Shown piece by piece: positions 49,009 through 54,332 of a stretch of DNA of 54,332 nt (position 1 is its first letter; each line of letters opens with the position of its first letter). The position numbers and the translations under genes were made by a program. The stretch covers positions 1 through 54,332 of the IMG/VR virus record IMGVR_UViG_3300011115_000623, one strand, 5' to 3'. Source of the stretch: a virus (Duplodnaviria; Caudoviricetes). The notes under the pieces were generated by a model. The model had not been told where the DNA came from, did no database searches, and saw nothing but the letters and a program-made list of their open reading frames with translations.

Positions 49009-50284
49009 ACCGGCGCAGGTCCAGACCCAGGAGCGGATGCTGGCCAAGCCTTACCAGTTGGTCGCCCTTCGCATGGGTGCCGGAAAGACGGCCGCCACCC
49101 TGACCGTGGTCAAAGAGCTGGGGATGAAGACCCTGGTGGTAGCGCCCAAACGGGTCGCAGAGCTTGTTTGGCACACGGAGGTGGGTAAGTGGGACCACCT
49201 GGCTGAAATGCGCGTACAGCGCGTTCTGGGCGGTCCTGGCCAGCGTATTGCGGCATTGAACACCCCGGCCGACGTCTACGTGATCAACCGGGAGAACTTT
49301 TGTTGGCTGGTCAGCGAGCTGCTGGTCTGGCCGTTCAAGTGCGTGGTGATCGACGAGAACCGGGGATTCAAGGACCGGGCCAGCAGGTCTTGGCAGGCTT
49401 TGAAGAGCATCAGGGCCGAGATCGAGAGGCTGTACATCCTGACCGGTACGCCTGACCCGAACGGCAACCTGCTGGATTTGTGGGCGCAGATCAGCATCAT
49501 GGATCGTGGCCAGAGGCTGGGCACCGGGATCACGAAGTACCGGGACAGGTGGTATTTGCCAGACAAGCGAAACGGCCAGACGATCTACACCTGGCGGCTG
49601 AAGTCTGGCGCAAGGGATGAAATTCAAAGAGCGGTCCAGGACGTGATGGTCAGCATCGACAGCGGGGTCACTTTGCCTGACCGGATTGACAACGTGATAC
49701 CGGTCACGTTTGACCGCAAGCGTTACGACCAGATGGAGGCGACCATGGTCAGCGGATCGGTGACGGCGGCCAACGTGGCCGTCTTGGCTGGCAAGCTGGG
49801 CCAAATGGCCAACGGCGCGGTTTACGACAACCTGGGTTTGGTTCACCACATACACGACGCGAAGCTGGATGCGTTGGAGGAAATCCTGGAACAAGGCGAG
49901 CCGGTCCTTTGCTTCACCGCATACGTCCACGACTACGACCGGATCAGGGCCAGGTTTCCGCAGGCTTGGAAATTCGATGGCGAGCCCAGCCTGCGCCATT
50001 GGCAAGCCGGGAACATCAAGTTGCTGGTCATGCACCCGGCCAGTGGTGGCCACGGCGTGGACGGGCTACAGGTGGGCGGCAACGTGGCTGTGTGGTTTGG
50101 GCTGCCTTACAGCCTGGACTTGTACGAGCAGGCCAATGCGCGTCTGCACCGGCCGGGCCAGGTCAACAGCGTGGTGGTCCACCACATCGTGGCCGTGGGC
50201 ACAATCGACGAACGTATCGTCCAGGTCTTGCAGGCCAAGGGCGACATGCAACAGGCTTTGATCGACGCAGTGAGGAACAGATGA
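48992..50284 (+). CDS. SNF2-like helicase
   Basis: AAGGAG RBS; MGAGKT, VVIDE, LTGTP, HPASGGHG..LQ, QANARLHRPGQ. Confidence 0.92.
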   Translation: MEYLPRPAQVQTQERMLAKPYQLVALRMGAGKTAATLTVVKELGMKTLVVAPKRVAELVWHTEVGKWDHLAEMRVQRVLGGPGQRIAALNTPADVYVINRENFCWLVSELLVWPFKCVVIDENRGFKDRASRSWQALKSIRAEIERLYILTGTPDPNGNLLDLWAQISIMDRGQRLGTGITKYRDRWYLPDKRNGQTIYTWRLKSGARDEIQRAVQDVMVSIDSGVTLPDRIDNVIPVTFDRKRYDQMEATMVSGSVTAANVAVLAGKLGQMANGAVYDNLGLVHHIHDAKLDALEEILEQGEPVLCFTAYVHDYDRIRARFPQAWKFDGEPSLRHWQAGNIKLLVMHPASGGHGVDGLQVGGNVAVWFGLPYSLDLYEQANARLHRPGQVNSVVVHHIVAVGTIDERIVQVLQAKGDMQQALIDAVRNR

Positions 50285-50721
50285 AAGAACGAATCGTGAG
50301 CGCGCAAACGTCCAGCAACCTGGGCGAGTCTTTGGTCAACGACCTGGGCGACATCGACGTGGTCAGGGCATGCGGCATGGCCGGTCAGACCAACCCCCTG
50401 GGGCTGTCGATCTGGCGATGGCGTTATGCGGGTGATGAGCGTGAGCTGTGGAAGGTGGCCGATGGCCTGGTGGCGCGAGGGCGTCCTGCCCTGCTTGTGA
50501 TGCGCGTTCTCCATCACCTGGCAGACGACGTGTGCAAAGTCTGCTTCGGGCGCGGATACGGCGTGATTGAAGACACCCCGGTCCTGAACGGTAAGCAATG
50601 CACCGAGTGCCGGGGTGAGGGTCGACTGATGATTCAGGGCGAGGCTGAGCAAGCCCTGGTCGAGGAGATCGCGGCACTGGAGCGCGAAGTAGCCGGGAAC
50701 ATCATGCGAAAGCTCGCATAA
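50281..50721 (+). CDS. Zinc-finger protein, antiterminator Q-like
   Basis: CKVCFGRG...CTECRGEG; last gene of the rightward replication operon. Confidence 0.6.
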   Translation: MKERIVSAQTSSNLGESLVNDLGDIDVVRACGMAGQTNPLGLSIWRWRYAGDERELWKVADGLVARGRPALLVMRVLHHLADDVCKVCFGRGYGVIEDTPVLNGKQCTECRGEGRLMIQGEAEQALVEEIAALEREVAGNIMRKLA

Positions 50722-51061
50722 CCTGGCCGCACGAAGGGCAGATGTCTTTGCCATCGCGTCTCTTCAGAGCCCGGTGAACGGCTGATTGATTGACGCCCAC
50801 CTGCTTGGATGCAGCGTAGACGGTCAGCCCTTCATCGGATACCAGATCGAGTGCCTGCATGGTCCGGGATTTTGGAATCTTGGACCAGATGGCGACGACG
50901 TTGTCCGGCATCTCATCAGGCTTTTCGGTGTAGGCCGAGCAGGCCAGGCTGCCGTTTTCTTTGGTGTACGCAACCAGGTAGGCCGCGTCCTGGGCGGCGA
51001 TCTCGATTGCGCGGCGTGTGTTTGCTGATGGGAACAGGGCGAGGAATTCGTCGATTGTCAT
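50702..51061 (-). CDS. HTH + C-terminal CxxC protein
   Basis: GGAG RBS; GLTVYAASKQVGVNQSAVHRAL; ICPSCGQ. Confidence 0.75.
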   Translation of the reverse strand: MTIDEFLALFPSANTRRAIEIAAQDAAYLVAYTKENGSLACSAYTEKPDEMPDNVVAIWSKIPKSRTMQALDLVSDEGLTVYAASKQVGVNQSAVHRALKRRDGKDICPSCGQVMRAFA

Positions 51062-51285
51062 TTTTGATTCTCCAAAATGGAAGCGGCCTCGCGTGCGAGT
51101 GCGGCTTGCCTGGTTAAACGCGAAGCAGTCACCTGCTGATCTGTCGCCCACTCGCGCAGTGATTCAGCAGCGGACTTGCCAGGGTAGAGGCGGACGTCGA
51201 GCGACACGTTGTCGGTAGTGATGCATGCATAGGCTGCCTGCGCGCCAACGAATGTGCGGACTTTCACGGCGTCACCTTTGGGCAT
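51058..51285 (-). CDS. Hypothetical early protein
   Basis: Coupled to downstream gene; start may be the GTG at 51267. Confidence 0.65.
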   Translation of the reverse strand: MPKGDAVKVRTFVGAQAAYACITTDNVSLDVRLYPGKSAAESLREWATDQQVTASRLTRQAALAREAASILENQK

Positions 51286-51494
51286 TTTTCAAACAGCTCA
51301 ACTAACCTGGGGTCGTTGATTTCCGTCCATCCGTCGGGCCTATACCAAACCCCGTCCAACTCATGCGCGACTTGTCGGCCCCACATGGCGGGCCATTCGT
51401 GAGACCCCGGTATGTCTTCGCGGGGCAAATGTTGCGGTTGCACCGAATACACGGCGCGGTTGCCGCTGGGTAAAGTGACCAGCATGTTGATCAT
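51264..51494 (-). CDS. Hypothetical early protein
   Basis: GGAGG RBS before ATG at 51494. Confidence 0.65.
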   Translation of the reverse strand: MINMLVTLPSGNRAVYSVQPQHLPREDIPGSHEWPAMWGRQVAHELDGVWYRPDGWTEINDPRLVELFEKCPKVTP

Positions 51495-51561
51495 AAAAGC
51501 CTCCAAAAAAGATAGATGACCGCGTACATGTACGCGACGCGAAAGATGAATGCAGCCATAG

Positions 51562-51678
51562 TTAAAACGGTGCGGGCGGACCGACTGGGGTTGATGGTCG
51601 TGGTCGGTACTCTTTGATTACGGGCGGCAAGCACTTGTTTGGTAGCGTGCGGGGGAACGGCCAGATAGCTTTTTTCAT
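51562..51678 (-). CDS. 38-aa Pro-rich peptide (MKKAIWPFPRTLP...PPAPF)
   Basis: Translated by hand; GGAGG RBS; ATGA overlap. Confidence 0.55.
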   Translation of the reverse strand: MKKAIWPFPRTLPNKCLPPVIKEYRPRPSTPVGPPAPF

Positions 51679-51980
51679 ACCGCCTCCATGTAGCTGGCCC
51701 ACTCTTCGCCAACGGCGTCGACGACATATTTGCGGCTGCCTTTGGTGCCGCTTTTGACTTCGTCGCGTGATGGGATGCGGTTGCCGTAGTAGTCACGCGC
51801 CGGGCTCTTGCCGAGCATGCAGTAGCCGCCTTCGATGGCGGACATCAGGGTGCGGCCGTAGCTGCCCTGGAAAGCCCAGGCGCTGCCGCTGTTGATCGCA
51901 ACCTGGATGCTGCGGAAGTAGTCAATCTCGGACACTTCGTCATCCGATTCGATGTTGTTGATGTCGTTCAAGGTAAGCAT
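51675..51980 (-). CDS. Hypothetical early protein (Q..IN.G.AW.FQGSYGR....I..GYC)
   Basis: GGAG RBS directly after repeat copy A. Confidence 0.8.
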   Translation of the reverse strand: MLTLNDINNIESDDEVSEIDYFRSIQVAINSGSAWAFQGSYGRTLMSAIEGGYCMLGKSPARDYYGNRIPSRDEVKSGTKGSRKYVVDAVGEEWASYMEAV

Positions 51981-51990
51981 GTTTATCTCC

Positions 51991-52065
51991 AAAAAACCAA
52001 GCAGTTATCGGTCGCCTGGATACACCGCCTAAACCTGGCACGCCAGGCTTAGGGGCCGAAGCCCC
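51991..52065 (-). repeat. Early-region structured element, copy A
   Basis: UUCG hairpin + 11-bp CGUG-loop hairpin + invariant CGGTGTATCCAGGCGACCGA + U-run + RBS. Confidence 0.9.
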
Positions 52066-52070
52066 ACCGC

Positions 52071-53027
52071 TTACGCGGCCAACAACTCAAGGGTGCGAGC
52101 CTTGAGAGCAGCGCCGGTGCCCCACTGTGCAGCAACGAACCGGTTCTGGTCGTTGTGAGCGCGGACGTGGTGGTCAGCGTATTCGGTCACCGCGTTGAGA
52201 AAGCCCCAACGTGTGCCAAAAACACCGTCCATCATTGCGCCCATGCCGTCGCCGTTGAACAACGACATGACTTTCTTGAACCCGGCGGTCTCGCGCACTT
52301 TCTCACCACCACCAAACACCTGGACTGCAACGTCAGCGGCCTGCTCTTCGTGCATCTCGATGTTGGCCAAGCGGGTGACCGTGGCGCGGAACGCGTCCCA
52401 GGCAGCGGTGTTGAGTCCCATGAACTCTTTCACCGAAACCGGGTCGAACACCGAGCGGTGCGACACTTTGACCGAAGCTGGCGCGTCGGCCATGGCCATC
52501 TGCAAGGTGTTTTTGCACACGGTGCGGACAGTGGTGCGGCGCACTTCAGTGGCCAGCGACCCGTCAGCACTGGAGCTGATCAGGATGTAGCCGCCGATGG
52601 TGTCGCGCACCGACACGGGAGCGGCTTCGCCGATCTTGGCAGTTGCCCAGAAGCGTTTGCCGTCGTAGATCGTGCCTGCTGCTGACAGCTCCAGGCCACC
52701 GGCCCGGGCGATGTCGCGGAAAAACTCGATCACTTGGCCGGGCTGCACGACCTGGTACTTGTTGGACACGACGCCCAGGGGCTTCTTCGTATCCGAGCGG
52801 AACAGAACGTGCTGGCTGGGCAGATCGATCTGGTCGCCGTAGACGCTGGTGTTGTAGCGCACGACCCCGCGCTTGATCTTCCAATCCATCCCGGCAGCGG
52901 CGCGCCAGGCGTCCAGGTCGGTGCCGTCTTCCAGGGCCTGGCCAAGGCCGTGCCAGGGAGTACCGTCGCTTGCCAGGTAAGCAAATTCGACGCGGCCGTC
53001 AGCGTGGGTTGTGAGTTCGTGAGACAT
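52071..53027 (-). CDS. DUF932 family phage/plasmid protein
   Basis: TPWHGLG, AGMDW, LGVVS.KY.VVQ, RTVCKNTL, NAVTEY.DH. Confidence 0.9.
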   Translation of the reverse strand: MSHELTTHADGRVEFAYLASDGTPWHGLGQALEDGTDLDAWRAAAGMDWKIKRGVVRYNTSVYGDQIDLPSQHVLFRSDTKKPLGVVSNKYQVVQPGQVIEFFRDIARAGGLELSAAGTIYDGKRFWATAKIGEAAPVSVRDTIGGYILISSSADGSLATEVRRTTVRTVCKNTLQMAMADAPASVKVSHRSVFDPVSVKEFMGLNTAAWDAFRATVTRLANIEMHEEQAADVAVQVFGGGEKVRETAGFKKVMSLFNGDGMGAMMDGVFGTRWGFLNAVTEYADHHVRAHNDQNRFVAAQWGTGAALKARTLELLAA

Positions 53028-53042
53028 GATTTATTCCTTTGC

Positions 53043-53121
53043 AAAAAACCAAGCTGTTATCGGTCGCCTGGATACACCGCCAATGCCGAGCACGCCGGGC
53101 ATTGGAAGGGGCCGAAGCCCC
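53043..53121 (-). repeat. Early-region structured element, copy B
   Basis: Same architecture and invariant 20-nt core. Confidence 0.9.
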
Positions 53122-53127
53122 GGGGGC

Positions 53128-53277
53128 TCACGCCCGGTTTGTTTGATTTACAGCAGCTTGAGCGTCTTTTTTACCCATGCGGCCAAAGAAGTGCCAAGGC
53201 TGCCCATGGCAAACGGCTACCCAACCGGGCGTGGGCCGCCCGTAGTATTTGCTGGCCTTTACCAGATAAGCGTTCAT
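53128..53277 (-). CDS. 49-aa hypothetical protein (MNAYLVKASKYYGRPTPGW...)
   Basis: Translated by hand; GGAG RBS; ATGA overlap; stop directly before copy B. Confidence 0.6.
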   Translation of the reverse strand: MNAYLVKASKYYGRPTPGWVAVCHGQPWHFFGRMGKKDAQAAVNQTNRA

Positions 53278-53462
53278 GCTACTGACTCCAGGTTAAGTTT
53301 ATTGACCAGTTCGACTTCGTAGCCCAGCTTGGCGATCAGAGCCAAGACCTGGCTGGTAAGAGTCGCAGTGCCTGCGATGCGAGCAAACAGCTTGGCTTGT
53401 TCGCACACGGGGTAGGCTTTAGGCACCCCGTAAACCTCGCGGATGTTGACGATGATTTTCAT
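53274..53462 (-). CDS. Small conserved phage protein (VYG...YPVCEQAKLFARIAGT.TLT)
   Basis: AAGGA RBS; coupled. Confidence 0.8.
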   Translation of the reverse strand: MKIIVNIREVYGVPKAYPVCEQAKLFARIAGTATLTSQVLALIAKLGYEVELVNKLNLESVA

Positions 53463-53755
53463 GCTGACTTCCTTGCAGAGATGCGAACCACAGCGTAGGA
53501 ATCACCCTGGCTGCTGTGGGCTTTGATCAACTGGCGCGATGGCTTGAAGTGCATCGCAATCGATTGCCAGTCGATGCTGACCTTGCCGTCAGGCTGGCTG
53601 ATGGCGGCTCGGTAGAACAGGCCGTCGACCACCGACTCGCCGGACTCGACCAGCTCTAACCGCAAAGCGGCTTCCTCTTTCTTCAGGTCGGCAATCTGAG
53701 CTTTGACCTGGGCCATACGGTCGACGACGCGACCAAGGATGTTTTCAACTTGCAT
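53459..53755 (-). CDS. Hypothetical early protein (coiled coil + IDW motif)
   Basis: GGAG RBS directly after copy C. Confidence 0.8.
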   Translation of the reverse strand: MQVENILGRVVDRMAQVKAQIADLKKEEAALRLELVESGESVVDGLFYRAAISQPDGKVSIDWQSIAMHFKPSRQLIKAHSSQGDSYAVVRISARKSA

Positions 53756-53765
53756 GCTTTTCTCC

Positions 53766-53844
53766 AAAAAACCAGGCCGTTGTCGGTCGCCTGGATACAC
53801 CGCCAATGCCGAGCACGCCGGGCATTGGAAGGGGCCGAAGCCCC
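53766..53844 (-). repeat. Early-region structured element, copy C
   Basis: Same architecture and invariant 20-nt core. Confidence 0.9.
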
Positions 53845-53849
53845 GACCA

Positions 53850-54116
53850 TCACGCTACTTCGCAGGTCACTTCCGCGACGTCCATGATGTTGGCCAACCG
53901 ACCGTTGGCGTTGATCGAGTATTCGATCTGTTCCAGCGTCGGCTTGTAACTGCCGCTGTAATCGGCCCACTGGCCACACTTGCGTGTGCCCTCGAACCAC
54001 ACCAGGTAGATGGCGTTGCCTCGCGGCACGCCCTGCACCGTGTACACCTGGGCATCAGGGTGCTCACCGCGCACCACCAACAGGCCAGGGCGAATGTCAG
54101 CTTTTTTGTACTGCAT
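53850..54116 (-). CDS. Hypothetical early protein (first gene of the early transcript)
   Basis: GGAG RBS directly after copy D. Confidence 0.75.
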   Translation of the reverse strand: MQYKKADIRPGLLVVRGEHPDAQVYTVQGVPRGNAIYLVWFEGTRKCGQWADYSGSYKPTLEQIEYSINANGRLANIMDVAEVTCEVA

Positions 54117-54126
54117 AACCTTCTCC

Positions 54127-54189
54127 AAAAGACCAGGCAGTTATCGGTCGCCTGGATACACCGTCAAAGGACAGCACGCTGCCCTTTGA
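54127..54189 (-). repeat. Early-region structured element, copy D
   Basis: Invariant core; hairpin stem has a different sequence but the same length and loop; no UUCG hairpin. Confidence 0.9.
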
Positions 54190-54205
54190 TCCTTCCTTCG
54201 CACTC

Positions 54206-54332
54206 GGCAGCCTGGGGGGCTGAGTCTTAGCGGTCTGGCCTTTAGGTTCCCTGGTCGGTACTGCTTACTCGGCTGGTTCCCTTTTTGTATCCCCCTGGTC
54301 CTTCGGGGCCGTCTCGTTTCCGAGCACAGCCC
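54206..54332. repeat. Exact 127-bp terminal direct repeat (right copy)
   Basis: Identical to 1-127. Confidence 0.95.

Noticed and set aside
51991-54189. CRISPR array
   Set aside because: The repeats are separated by whole genes of unequal length and no cas genes are present.

Overview
The window is an apparently complete ~54.2 kb dsDNA tailed phage genome with podovirus-type architecture. Positions 1-127 are repeated exactly at 54206-54332, which looks like an assembly overlap of a circular contig. The + strand late arm runs: small basic proteins, terminase, portal, scaffold, N4-gp56-type major capsid, adaptor/nozzle, tail fibres, lysis cassette, ejection proteins, then two giant 'polyvalent' virion proteins flanking a ferritin-like gene. 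A replication module follows (DUF2800, DUF2815, family A DNA polymerase, Cro-like HTH, primase-VirE helicase, VRR-NUC, SNF2-like helicase, Q-like zinc finger), then a - strand early arm. I found no integrase, CI repressor, tRNA, CRISPR array or reverse transcriptase. Main observations: (1) four small genes with their own ribosome-binding sites are hidden inside inter-domain linkers of the giant proteins, next to effector-like domains. One is antisense, with GGAGG and TATAAT, directly behind a RelA/SpoT-type synthetase domain; these may be a nested effector-immunity system. (2) A four-copy, covarying hairpin+pseudoknot RNA element precedes early gene cassettes. (3) A shared G-[LI]-[ILVA]-x-x-x-M peptide motif occurs in about 10 small late/ejection proteins. 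(4) Three late leaders share a promoter-hairpin-AAAAA-terminator layout. All family assignments come from motif recognition by eye, not database searches.
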